Below, piece after piece: positions 12,501 through 23,851 of a DNA stretch of 64,000 nucleotides. A program made the position numbers and the translations under genes. Origin of the DNA: Centroscyllium fabricii (Eukaryota); assembly GCA_051313645.2 (NCBI GenBank), contig JBNRSN020000028.1, forward strand, positions 15,066,001 through 15,130,000. The letters run 5' to 3'. The notes beneath the pieces are model-generated. The model was not told the DNA's origin. It saw only the letters and a list, made by a program, of their open reading frames with translations, and made no database searches. Position 1 is the first letter of the stretch. Every line of letters begins with the position of its first letter.

Positions 12501-15500
12501 GTGTTGAGGAGGGGATTGAGTGTGTTGCCAGTGTGTCTTGTATCAGCAGGAGTCCGTGGTGAGGAGGGGATTGAGTGTGTTGTCAGTGTGTCTTGTATTA
12601 GCAGGAGTCCGTGGTGTGATGAGAATTGAGTGTGTTGTTGTGGGTCTTGTATTAGCAGGGTCCGTGGTGAGGAGGGGATTGAGTGTGTTGTCAGTGTGTC
12701 TTGTATCAGCAGGAGTCCGTGGTGAGGAGGGAATTGAGCGTGTTGTCAGTGTGTCTTGTATTAGCAGGAGTCCGTGTTAAGGAGGGGATTGAGTGTGTTG
12801 CCAGTGGGTCTTCTATTAGCAGGGTCCGTGGTGAGGAGGGGACTGAGTGTGTTGTCAGTGTGTCTTGTATTAGCAGGAATCCGTGGTGAGGAGGTGCTTG
12901 AGTGTGTTGTCAGTGTGTCTTGTATTAGGAGGGTCCGTGGTGAGGAGGGGATTGAGTGTGTTGTCAGTGTGTCTTGTATTAGCAGAGTCCGTGGTGAGTT
13001 GGGGATTGAGTGTGTTGTCAGTGTGTCTTCTATTAGCAGGAGTCCATGGTGAGGAGCGGATTGAGTGTGTTGTCATTGGGTCTTGTATTAGCAGGGTCCG
13101 TGGTGAGGAGCGAATTGAGTGTGTTGTAAGTGTGTCTTGTATTAGCAGGAGTCCGTGGTGAGGAGGAGATTGAGTGTGTTGTCAGTGTGTCTTGTATTAG
13201 CAGGAGTCCGTGGCGCGGAGGGGATTAAGTGTGTTGTCAGTGTGTCTTGTATTAGCAGGAGTCCGTGGTTAGGAGGGGATTGAGTGTGTTGTCAGTGTGT
13301 CGTGTATTACCAGGGGTCCGTGGTGAGGAGGGGATTGAGTGTGTTGTCAGTGTGTCTTGTATCAGCAGGGTCCGTGGTGAGGAGGGGATTGAGTGTGTTG
13401 TCAGTGTGTCTTCTATTAGCAGGAGTCCGTGGTGAGGAGGAGATTGAGTGTGTTCTCAGTGTGTCTTGTATTAGCAGGGGTCCGTGTTGAGGAGGGAATT
13501 GAGTTTGTTGTCAGTGTGTCTTGTATTAGCAGGAGTCCGTGTTGAGGAGGGGATTGAGTGTGTTGTCAGTGTGTCTTGTATTAGAGGAGTCCGTGGTGAG
13601 ATGGGGATTGAGTGTGTTGTCAGTGTGTCTTGTATTAGCAGGAGTCCGTGTTAAGGAGGGGATTGAGTGTGTTGCCAGTGGGTCTTGTATTAGCAGGGTC
13701 CGTGGTGAGGAGGGGATTGAGTGTGTTGTCAGTGTGTCTTGTATCAGCAGGTGTCCGTGGTGTGGAAGGGATTGAGTGTGTTGTAAGTGTGTCTTGTAGT
13801 AGCAGGAGTCCGTGGTGAGGAGGGGATTGAGCGTGTTGTCAGTGTGTCTTGTATTAGCAGGAGTCCGTGTTGAGGAGGGGATTGAGTGTGTTGCCAGTGT
13901 GTCTTGTATCAGCAGGAGTCCGTGGTGAGGAGGGGATTGAGTGTGTTGTCAGTGTGTCTTGTATTAGCAGGAGTCCGTGGTGAGATGAGGATTGAGTGTG
14001 TTGCCAGTGGGTCTTGTATTTGCAGGGCCCGTGGTGAGGAGGGGATTGAGTGTGTTGTCAGTGTGTCTTGTATCAGCAGGAGTCCGTGGTGAGGAGGGGA
14101 TTGAGCGTGTTGTCAGTGTGTCTTGTATTAGCAGGAGTCCGTGGTGAGGAGGGGATTGAGTGTATTGTCAGTGTGCCTTGTATTAGAAGGAGTCCGTGGT
14201 AAGGATGGGGTTGAGTGTGCTGTCAGTGTGTCTTGTATTAGCAGGGGTCCGTGGTGAGGAGGGGATTGAGGGTGTTGTCAGTGTGTCTTGTATTAGCAGG
14301 AGTCCGTGGTGAGGAGGGGATTGAATGTGTTGTCAGTGTGTCTTGTATTAGCAGGAGTCCGTGGCGAGGAGGGGATTAAGTGTGTTGTCAGTGTGTCTTG
14401 TATTAGCAGGAGTCCGTGGTTAGGAGGGGATTGAGTGTGTTGTCAGTGTGTCTTGTATTAGCAGGGGTCCGTGGTGAGGAGGGGATTGAGTGTGTTGTCA
14501 GTGTGTCTTGTATTAGCAGGAGTCGGTTGTGAGGAGGGGATTGAGTGTGTTGTCAGTGTGTCTTGTATTAGCAGGAGTCCGTGGCGAGGAGGGGATTAAG
14601 TGTGTTGTCAGTGTGTCTTGTATTCGCAGGAGTCCGTGGTGAGGAGGGGATTGAGTGTGTTGTCAGTGTGTCTTGTGTCAGCAGGGTCCGTGGTGAGGAG
14701 GAGATTGAGTGTGTTGTCAGTGTGTCTTGTATTAGCAGGGGTCCGTGGTGAGGAAAGGATTGAGTGTGTTGTCAGTGTGTCTTGTATTAGCAGGGGTCCG
14801 TGGTGAGGAAAGGATTGAGTGTGTTGTCAGTGTGTCTTGTATTAGCAGGAGTCCGTGGTGAGGAGGGGATTGAGTGTGTTGTCAGTGTGTCTTGTATTAG
14901 CAGGGGTCCGTGTTGAGGAGGGGTTTGAGTGTGTTGTCAGTGTGTCTTGTATTAGCAGGGTCCGTGGTGAGGAGGGGATTGAGTGTGTTGTCAGTGTGTT
15001 TTGTATCAGCAGGTGTCCGTGGTGAGGAAAGGATTGAGTGTGTTGTCAGTGTGTCTTGTATTAGCAGGAGTCCGTGTTGAGGAGGGGATTGAGTGTGTTG
15101 CCAGTGGGTTTTGTATTAGCAGGGTCCTTGGTGAGGAGGGGATTGAGTGTGTTGTCAGTGTGTCTTGTATCAGCAGGAGTCCGTGGTGAGGAGGGGATTG
15201 AGCGTGTTGTCAGTGTGTCTTGTATTAGCAGGAGTCCGTGGTGAGGAGGGGATTGAGTGTGTTGTCAGTGTGTCTTGTATTAGCAGGAGTCCGTGGTAAG
15301 GAGGGGATTGAGGGTGTTGTCAGTGTGTCTTGTATTAGCAGGAGTCCGTGGTGAGGAGGGGATTGAGTGGTGTTTTCAGTGTGTCTTGTATTAGCAGGAG
15401 CCGTGGTGAGGAGGCGATTGAGTGTGTTCCCAGTGTGTCTTGTATCAGCAGGAGTCCATGGTGAGGACGGGATTGAGGGGGATGTCAGTGTGTCTTGTAT

Positions 15501-16894
15501 TAGCAGGGTCTGTGTTGAGGAGGGGATTGAGCGTGTTGTCAGTGTGTCTTGTATTAGCAGGGTCCGTGGTGAGGAGGGGATTGAGTGTGTTGTCAGTGTG
15601 TCTTGTATTAGCAGGAGTCCGTGGTGAGCAGGGGATTGAGTGTGTTGTCAGTGTGTCTTGTATCAGCAGGGTCCGTGGTGAGGAGGGTATTGAGTGTGTT
15701 GTCAGTGTGTCTTGTATTAGCAGGGTCCGTGGTGAGGAGGGGATTGAGTGTGTTGCTAGTGGGTCTTGTATTAGCAGGTGTCCGTGGTGAGGAGGGGATT
15801 GAGTGTTTTGTCAGTGTGTCTTGTATTAGCAGGAGTCCGTGGTGAGGAGGGGATTGAGTGTGTTGTCAGTGTGTCTTGTATTAGCAGGAGTCCGTGGTGA
15901 GGAGGGGATTGAGTGTGTTGTCAGTGTGTCTTGTATTAGCAGGGTCCGTGGTGAGGAGGAGATTGAGTGTGTTGTCAGTGTGTCTTGTATTAGCAGGAGT
16001 CCGTGGTGAGATGGGGATTGAGGGTGTTGTCAGTGTGTCTTGTATTAGCAGGAGTCCGTGGTGAGGAGGGGATTGATTGTGTTGCCAGTGGGTCTTGTAT
16101 TAGCAGTGTCGGTGGTGAGGAAGGGATTGAGTGTGTTGCCAGTGTGTCTTGTATTAGCAGGAGTCCGTGGTGAGGAGGGGATTGAGGGTGTTGTCAGTGT
16201 GTCTTGTATTAGCAGGAGTCCGTGTTGAGTAGGGGATTGAGTGTGTTGCCAGTGGGTCCTGTATTAGCAGTGTCGGTGGTGAGGAAGGGATTGAGTGTGT
16301 TGCCAGTGTGTCTTGTATTAGCAGGAGTCCGTGGTGAGGAGGAGATTGAGTGTGTTGTCAGTGTGTCTTTTATCAGCAGGAGTCCATGATGTGGAAGGGA
16401 TTGAGTGTGTTGCCAGTGTGTCTTGTATTAGCAGGAGTCCGTGGTGAGGAGGGGATTCAGCGTGTTGTCAGTGTGTCTTGTATTAGCAGGAGTCCGTGTT
16501 GAGGAGGGGATTGAGTGTGTTGTCAGTGTGTCTTGTATTAGCAGGGTCCGTGTTGAGGAGGGGATTGAGTGTGTTGTCAGTGTGTCTTGTATTAGCAGGA
16601 GTCCGTGGTGAGGAGGGGATTGAATGTGTTGTCAGTGTGTCTTGTATTAGCAGGGTCCGTGGTGAGGAGTGGATTGAGTGTGTTGTCAGTGTGTCTTGTA
16701 TCAGCAGGAGTCCGTGTTGAGGAGGGGATTGAGTGTGTTGCCAGTGTGTCTTGTATTAGCAGGAGTCCGTGGTGAGGAGGGGATTGAGTGTGTTGTCACT
16801 GTGTCTTGTATTAGCAGGAGTCCGTGGTGAGGAGGGCATTGAGTGTGTTGTCAGTGTGTCTTGTATTAGCAGTGTCCGTGGTGAGGAGGGGATT
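588..16894 (+). repeat. 54/55-bp tandem satellite, about 300 copies
   Basis: Consensus GAGTGTGTTGTCAGTGTGTCTTGTATTAGCAG-GAGTCCGTGGTGAGGAGGGGATT repeated continuously; the 54-bp variant reads CAGGGTCC. All ORFs in this interval are translations of the repeat. Confidence 0.99.
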
Positions 16895-16895
16895 T

Positions 16896-17196
16896 CCCCA
16901 AACCGAGCAGGTGACGGCGGCGGAGGGACAATCGGTTCAAATCCGGTGCGATGCGACCACCAGGAGCAGTGAATGATTTTGTGGTACCGCCAATTACCGG
17001 GCCGGGCACCGCAATTCACAATCTCCGCCAATCAGTAATACAGCCGACGGGAGCGGGGGGTTCAAGTTATTCGTTGACAGAAGGAGGAGTTATAACAGTT
17101 TCGGTGTGCGGGAAACCGCGGCTCCAGTCTCCAGGGGTGTTGCTGTGCGAATACGGACATTGGGGCAAAGGGTGAGAAATCCTGTACAGTAAACCT
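16896..17196 (+). pseudogene. TCR V pseudogene (family of the 56.6-kb V), fused to the satellite end
   Basis: Reads QTEQVTAAEGQSVQIRCDATTRSSE, then after a frameshift ILWYRQLPGRAPQFTISANQ*...FKLFVDRRRSYNSFG; collinear with the 56606 V (EGQSIEIQSNATTSG...WYRQL...FRLFIDPTRSYNSLG); decayed RSS remnant ending ...TGTACAGTAAACC. Confidence 0.85.
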
Positions 17197-18189
17197 CGTC
17201 TATCTCAGTCATCGAGATCCGGGCTTCTAACTTCACCATCTTGAGTCTCCCTTCAGAAAAAAAACATTGAGAATTGCTGTATTGCCATTTAATGTCACCC
17301 GACAAAGGACTACAGGGTTAAAGAAAGGGTTAATGGTGTCGTCACTTTAAATTGACGCACTTAGAGGAATCCCCGAGGTATTGGGTTACCCAGTTACCGG
17401 GATTTCACTGGGATACATTAACTATCGTGTTATCATATTATTAATTGCTCACTTAGGAAGCTACAAACAGACGTCAAGGCAATTATGGATCGCCAATCAA
17501 CGCTGGCCTTGCCAGCGACGCCAACATCTCGAGAATGAATTTTTTTTAAACTTTATATTACATTTTATGGCGTTTTCAGTTTAATTATTTTGTGTCGCTT
17601 CAAATAAAATAAATGAAAATGGAAAACTACAATATTTAGCTCAGTGATGGTTTAGTTTCTCCCTGGAGTAAACATACTGTTCACAGTAACATAAATAATA
17701 ACAAAATACAATTATTTCAGAGAGTGAATAATTAGTTTGACAAATACGCATTTACCCGAAGCCCCCACCAGGTGGCGCGCCTGTCTGTCAGGAGCTTCAC
17801 ATTGAGATAGGGCTTAAAGGACAATCTAAAATTTCCGTTTCTATTTGTCTTATACAACGAAAGCATTGAGACCCAAGGCCGTACGGACGTCACGGTAACT
17901 ATAAAGATGATGGATAAGAGAACGAAATATGAGGTAAATATTAATTTAAAGGAATAAATGTGGAGAAAGATTTAGGGGTTCAGATTGTGAAAGTTTGGAA
18001 GAAGCTGATGATTCTCTAAAATTCTATGATTCTAAGACCACGCTGACTATTTGAGATAGACATCAGACACAGATCAAATTTTCCTGAACAATTTAATCTG
18101 TCGTTACACACAGCGACCAGTGGAATTCCTTCCCAGTGACGGTTCAAGGGGTCTCTGGTTTGAGGGACAGCCAATCCCCGAGTGGCACT

Positions 18190-18250
18190 GTGAATGACGT
18201 CAGGTGACAACACAGGCCGATTGGTGAGAATGTCGCCCATCAGTCTCACA
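18190..18250 (+). promoter_or_regulatory. V promoter with CRE and CCAAT elements
   Basis: Perfect TGACGTCA at ~18195 and GATTGG at ~18219, about 180 bp upstream of the leader ATG at 18380; CRE motifs are typical of TCR V promoters. Confidence 0.55.
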
Positions 18251-18379
18251 GTGCACAGGGTGGAAGTGAAGGTCACCCCTCCCCTCGGCTCTCAACCACT
18301 GAAAGTCCGGGAATCGGCAGCAAGGTCCAGTCTGGAAATCAGACCATGATTGATCCGCCTTTTGTCCATCGTCATCGTC

Positions 18380-18665
18380 ATGAACCGGAACCTCCGCAAA
18401 GTCCTGTTCCCAGTTGGAGCCTTGGTGCTGTTGATGTTATGTGAGTTCATCTATCAGCTCAGACGCCTTGTTTCATTCATCTTTTAATAGCCTGTGGTTG
18501 TTGTGTGAGTTTGTTTTGTTCACAGCCGTTCGATGCGAGGGTCGGACCTCACACGCTGAGCAGGTGGTATCTCGAGAACGGGAACGGACTGAACTGGACG
18601 GCCGGCTCTCCGTTGTTACTGGGGATAATGTAGCCTGGTACAGACAAGCTTTGACGGGGTCCTAG
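18380..18665 (+). pseudogene. Truncated TCR V pseudogene (leader 18380-18440, V exon from 18526)
   Basis: Leader MNRNLRKVLFPVGALVLLML + GTGAGT donor; acceptor TTCACAG; exon VRCEGRTSHAEQVVSRERERTELDGRLSVVTGDNVAWYRQ; first Cys lost (GGC); 3' half replaced by CR1. Confidence 0.75.
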
Positions 18666-18667
18666 AG

Positions 18668-19506
18668 ATTGGAGGTTGGGTGATTGGGCAGAAGCGTGGC
18701 AGATGCAGTATAACGTGGATAAATGCGAGGTCATCCACTTTGCTGTAAAAAACAGAAAGGCAGACTATTATCTGAATGGGAATAGATTGGGAGACGGGGA
18801 AGTGCACCAGTCGCTGAAGGTAAGCATGCAGGTGCAGCAAGCGGTGAAGAAGGCAAATGGCATGTTGGCCTTCATAGCGAGAGGGTTTGAGTACAGGAAC
18901 AAGGATGTCCCGCTGCAGTTGTGCAGGGCCTTGGTGAGACCACACCTTGAGTATTGTGTGCAGTTTTGGTCGCCTTATCTAAGGAAGGATGTTCTTGCCA
19001 TGGAGGAAGTGCAGCGAAGATTCACCAGACTGATACCTGGGATGGCAGGAATGACGTATGAGGAGAAATTGGGTCGATTGGGTTTATACCTGCTGGAGGT
19101 TAGAAGAATGAGAGGGGATCTCATTGAAACTTATAAAGTTCTGACAGGTCTGGACAGACTAAATACAGGAAGAATGTTCCCGATGGTCGGAGATTCCAGA
19201 ACCAGGGGTCACAGTCTAAGGATAAGGGGTAGGTCATTTAGGACAGAGATTAGGAGGAATTTCTTCACCCAGAGAGTGGTGAACCTGTGGAATTCTCTAC
19301 CACAGAATGTAGTTGAGGCCAAGTCATTAATTATATTCAAGAAGGAGTCAGATATAGTTCTTGGAGCTAAAGGTATCAAGGGATATGGGGAGAAGGCAGG
19401 TACGGGATACTGAGTTTGGATGATCAGCCATGATCTCATTGAATGGAGGAGCAGGCTTGAGGGGCCGAATGGCCGACTCCTGCTCCTATCTTCTATGTTT
19501 CTATGA
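18668..19506 (+). mobile_element. CR1-type LINE, 5'-truncated 3' end
   Basis: ORF with WQMQYNVDKCEVIHF...RPHLEYCVQFWSP...RNFFTQRVVNLWNSLP (CR1 ORF2 C-terminus); tail TTCTATGTTTCTATG. Confidence 0.95.
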
Positions 19507-19918
19507 TTAAACTCGGTCATTTTTTCTGAAGCTGTGTAATCCCTTCATTTCCCTTCATCTCTATTTATTCCCAGTCACTTGCTCAGTGAACCGGAGCAGT
19601 TTGGCCACAGACCTCTCGAGACCCAACCACTGCCCTTTCCACTCCATCAGCTCCGAGTACAGTTGCGTGGCGCCGCACACTCTGGGCCTTTACACAGACT
19701 AAAATTCGCTCAGTTTTGTGTCTGCGGCAGCCCAGCCCACAGTTTCCGTTTGCTGCTCTCGTTCTGACCCGCCTAGCCTGCCCTGTGTTATTGGACAGAT
19801 TGTTGTCGCTGTCCCCTGTTCGGCCTTGGTTGGGTCAGCATGGCAGTGGGCGGGCATCTGGAGTTCTGCTCCGACAGAGGGTTTCCCGGACTGCAGAGTT
19901 TCAGACTTAGGGAGCATC

Positions 19919-19951
19919 ATGTGGAACCATCTCGCACCGCTCCTCGTCATT
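19919..19951 (+). pseudogene. Truncated V leader exon cut by CR1
   Basis: ATG...MWNHLAPLLVI; the leader and ~200 bp upstream are paralogous to 26970-27200 (MWNRLEPLLVITSLL). Confidence 0.6.
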
Positions 19952-19952
19952 A

Positions 19953-21496
19953 GTGGCCCTAGAAATAGTAGATGTATTACTGATTATCTTCCAGCAATCG
20001 ATGGAATCTGGAAATGTACCCATGGATTGGAGGGTGGCTAATGTTACCCCACTATTCAAGAAGGGTGGTAGGGAGAAAGCGGGAATTTACAGACCAGTAA
20101 GCCTGACATCGGTAGTGGGGAAGATGCTGGAGTCCATAACAAAGGATGTAATCACTGAGCACTTGAAAATCAGCGGCAGGATCGGACAAAGTCAACATGG
20201 ATTTACAAAAGGTAAATCATGCTTGACTAATCTACTGGATTTTTTTGAGGATGTAACTGGGAAAATTGATCAGGGAGAACCAGTAAATGTGGTGTACTTG
20301 GACTTTCAGAAGGTGTTCGACAAGGTCCCGCACAAGAGATTGGCATATACATTTAGGGCACATGGGATTGGGGGCAAACTATTGACTTGGATTGAGAAGT
20401 GGTTGGCAGACAGAAAGCAGAGAGTGGGAGTGAATGGGTCTTTTTCCGGGTGGCAGTCAGTGACTAGTGGGGTACCGCAGGGATCGGTCCTGGGACCCCA
20501 GCTATTCACAATATACATTAATGATTTAGAAAAGGGAACTAAATGTAATGTCTCCAAGTTTGCAGATGACACAAAGCTGGGAGGCTGTGTGTGCTGCGAG
20601 AAGGATACCAGGATGCTCCAGGATGAATTGAACAGGTTGGGCGAGTGGACCGAGACATGGCAGATGCAATATAATGTGGATAAATGCGAGGTTATCCACT
20701 TTGCGGGCAAAAACAGAAATGCCGACTATTATGTGAATGGCAATAGATTGGGAGAAGGGGAACTGCAACGAGACCTGGATGTCCTGGTGCACCAGTCACT
20801 GAAGGTAAACATGCAGGTGCAGCAGGCGGTTAAGAAGGCAAATGGTATGTTGGCCTTCATAGCGAAAGGGTTCGAGTACAGGAACAGGGAGGTCTTGCTG
20901 CAGTTGTACAGGCCTTGGTGAGACCGCACCTTGAGTATTGTGTGCAGTTTTGGTCTCCTTATCTAAGGAAGGACGTTCTTGCCATGGAGGGAGTGCAGAG
21001 GAGATTCACCAGGCTGATATCTGGGATGGCAGGATTGACGTATGAGGAGAGACTGGGTAGACTGGGTTTGTACTCTCTGGAGTTTAGAAGATTAAGAGGG
21101 GATCTCATGGAAACGTATAAAATTCTAATTGGTCTGGACAAACTTGATGCAGGAAGAATGTTCCCGATGATCGGAGAGTCCAGAACCAGGGGTCATAGTC
21201 TAAGAATAAGGGGTAACTCATTTAGGACAGAGATGAGGAGGAATTTCTTCACCCAGAGAGTGGTGAACCTGTGGAATTCTCTGCCACAGAAGGCGGTGGA
21301 GGCCAAATCATTAAAGATATTCAAGAAGGAGCTGGATGTATTTCTTAAGGCTAGAGGGATCGCGGGATATGGGGAGAAGGCAGGGACAGGGTACTTAGTT
21401 TGGATGATCAGCCATGATCTCATTGAATGGCGGAGCAGGCTCGAGGGGCTGAATGGCCTACTCCTGCTCCTATCTTCTATGTTTCTATGTTTCTAT
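19953..21496 (+). mobile_element. CR1-type LINE, RT domain and 3' end
   Basis: Motifs YRPVSLTSVVGK, QHGF, YLDFQKVFDKVPH, GVPQGSVLGP, FADD; one frameshift at ~20915; (TTTCTATG)n tail. Confidence 0.97.
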
Positions 21497-21683
21497 CAGC
21501 AATTAAGACATTACACAGCCTGAGTGCAGTTGAGTGGCGCCGCACACTCTGGACTTTACACAGAGACTTGAGTTTTCCTTCTCACTAAAAATCCATTCTC
21601 CCGGTGACTGCTGCAACCCAGATGTTATTATTAGTCAAGTGATGATGGTGATGAGAATCACTATGGCTGTTACTTTATGTTAG

Positions 21684-21875
21684 AATGGAGCCAGACAGAC
21701 ACAGTGGAACAGCCGGTTCCTGAACTGACGGTTCGAGAGGAAAGGATGTCACATTAACCTGCACCTTGAAAACAAGCGGTGCTGCACATTATGTGCGCTA
21801 GTTCAGTCAGCAGTCCGGATAACCACCAAGGTCGGCAGGAAATGAGTCTTACGGGGTCACATTTCAGGAGAGACC
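21684..21875 (+). pseudogene. Partial TCR V pseudogene
   Basis: After acceptor TTAG: WSQTDTVEQPVPELTVRE / DVTLTCTLKTSGAAHYVR*FSQQSG*PPR; frameshift and stops; intron and exon start paralogous to 27240-27400. Confidence 0.7.
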
Positions 21876-22271
21876 GCGTTGTTCTGAAAGTGTTTCACTC
21901 GTCGATCGTTTCTTAAATCGTTGCTGAAAGTTTCGACTCCGTTCAGTTCTTTTCATAACGACTGGAGCCAGGTTCGAGTGCGATTCTGACACTGAAAAAT
22001 AACGTTTTATATTTGTTTCAATGAGATTGAAAGCTGAGGTGCTCACCACATGAACAGGGAATGGCAGCACCGCCCCATCGAATACCTTATTATCAAATTA
22101 ACAGCAAGATTATTATGATGAATAATAACCTTTCTTTCAGTTCTGTATTGTTAGTTGGACAGCGACCGATTTGCCTGTTTTTACACAGACACTCTCCTGT
22201 GAGAACTACTGACAGTCCCCGTTTCTCCCCACACTGCCCACTATCCAGTTGTCCCTGTCACATTCCGGCGG

Positions 22272-22827
22272 TGTGTTTGTTCGGGGCTCCCTCTGGTTCC
22301 TGTCACTGTGTCTCTCAGTGAGACACCGCGCGGTCAGACAGCCGCAGGCCGCCGATGGTGAAATTCCCCTCACTTTTAGAAGTGTTGAGAGATGCGGAAA
22401 ATCGAGCCCCCGCGCCCTCTGCTCGGAAAACATCCCCGCAGGAAGAAATGTAGATCAGGAATCTGGGGCCTTTGTCGCGATCCTGACGGTACAGTTGTAA
22501 GGACTGTGAAGGAGCAGTGGTCGAATAGCTGTAATTGATTGTCACCGAGTCTCCTTCAAACTGCATCGATGCCAGCGACCCCTGTGAGACCGAGTCCGCA
22601 CAACTAACTCCTGCAGAAATTTAGAAATACAGAACTTTAGGCTTTTTACATGTTTTTATTTTAATCTTACTGTCATGAAGGTGACGTAATAACCATTGCA
22701 AATAGAGAGAAAACGCAGTTAAATTGATGTCAATGACACCTGCAGGAGAAAGATTGTGTAACTTGTAAACTTTACCAGCAGAGAGAGCTGCAGCTGTGAC
22801 GAATAAAGAAAAAGTAACAGCCAACAT
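22272..22827 (-). pseudogene. TCR V pseudogene with intact 23-RSS (leader 22827-22776, V exon 22610-22311)
   Basis: Leader MLAVTFSLFVTAAALSA + GT; exon GVSCADSVSQGSLASMQFEGDSVTINYSYST...LYRQ...RFSASLNTSKSEGNFTIGGLRLSDRAVSH*; both Cys and the conserved Trp are lost; RSS CACAGTG-23-ACAAACACA at 22310-22272. Confidence 0.92.
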
Positions 22828-22829
22828 GT

Positions 22830-23480
22830 TTGCAGGGAGTTGATGGTGGATTTGAACAGAACGGTTTGAACCTGTAATTGTCTCAGTCAAGGGCTGGGAA
22901 GATGTTGAGTAATATCCGGTCTCTCTGCCGATTGGTTCATTCCTGGTAGAGTCAGCAGGAGCTATCCAATCAGCTCACGGATGCTTTGTTCTCCAATTGA
23001 ACCAATCAGCTCACAGTGCCTTTATAAGAAAATAATAAATAAGAGCAGGAATAGGGCATTCGGCCCCTCGAGCCTGCTCCGCCATTCAATAAGATCATGG
23101 CTAATCATCGACCTCAACTCCACTTTCCCGCCCGATCTCCAAATCCCTTGATTCCCCCAGAGTCCAAAAATCTCTCTACTCAGCCTTGAATATACTCAGA
23201 GACTCGGCGTTCACAGCCCTCTGGGGCAGAGAATTCCAAAGATTCACAACCGTCTGAGTGAACAAATTCCTCAAATGTGTTTCTAAATTCATCCAATCAG
23301 CTCACAGATCCTTTGTTCGCCAATTCACGCGGTCAGAGCGAGGAGCGGGAAACGGAGTGAAATTGTTCTCCTCACAACACAGAACTGCACGGGGATTAAA
23401 CTTCAACAGGGTCAGTCTGTGAGGTGGCGGCACTGAAGGGCAATAGTTCATGTTGTTCTGGCATCAGTGCCGGATGCTCC
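22830..23480. promoter_or_regulatory. CCAAT-rich promoter region between divergent V segments (interrupted by a CR1 tail at ~23040-23275)
   Basis: Repeated CCAATCAGCTCAC motifs; the region is paralogous to 62010-62410. Confidence 0.55.
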
Positions 23481-23509
23481 CATTAAAATAATTGTTCACT
23501 GACCATTAG

Positions 23510-23766
23510 ACGTCCAAAGATGTGCGGGTTAGGTTGATTGGCCATGAAAAATTGACCCTTAGTGTTAGGGGGATTGAATATGTGGGGTTACGGGGATAGG
23601 GTGGGATATGTGTCGGTGCAGGCTCCATAGGGATCGAGGGATATGGGGAGAGAGCAGAGACAGGGTACTGGGTTTGGATGATCAGCCATGATCTCATTGA
23701 ATGGCGGAGCAGGCTCGAAGTGCCGAATGGCCTACTCCTGGTCCTATCTTCTATGTTTCTATGTTT
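23510..23766 (+). mobile_element. SINE fragment with CR1-derived tail
   Basis: CCAAAGATGTGCGGGTTAGGTTGATTGGCC core shared with the 25105-25350 and 54095-54400 SINEs, joined to a CR1 3' end with TTCTATG tail; it sits where the leader of the 23.9-kb V would be. Confidence 0.8.
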
Positions 23767-23851
23767 ATAGACCTATGTGTAAAGGGTCAGTGTGTGTTCC
23801 GTGGATTATATTTTGTCCGAAATGTCTGATACATTCTCTGTTTTGTTACAG

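Noticed and set aside
588-16894. Dozens of short hydrophobic or Cys-rich ORFs and a CRISPR-like periodic appearance
   Set aside because: They are translations of a tandem repeat; there are no unique spacers or cas genes, and the context is vertebrate.
588-16894. Cryptic 12-RSS in each satellite unit (minus strand CACCACG-12/13-ACAAGACAC)
   Set aside because: Only 4/7 and 6/9 matches, with the nonamer A-tract broken; CAC is frequent in this CA-rich strand.
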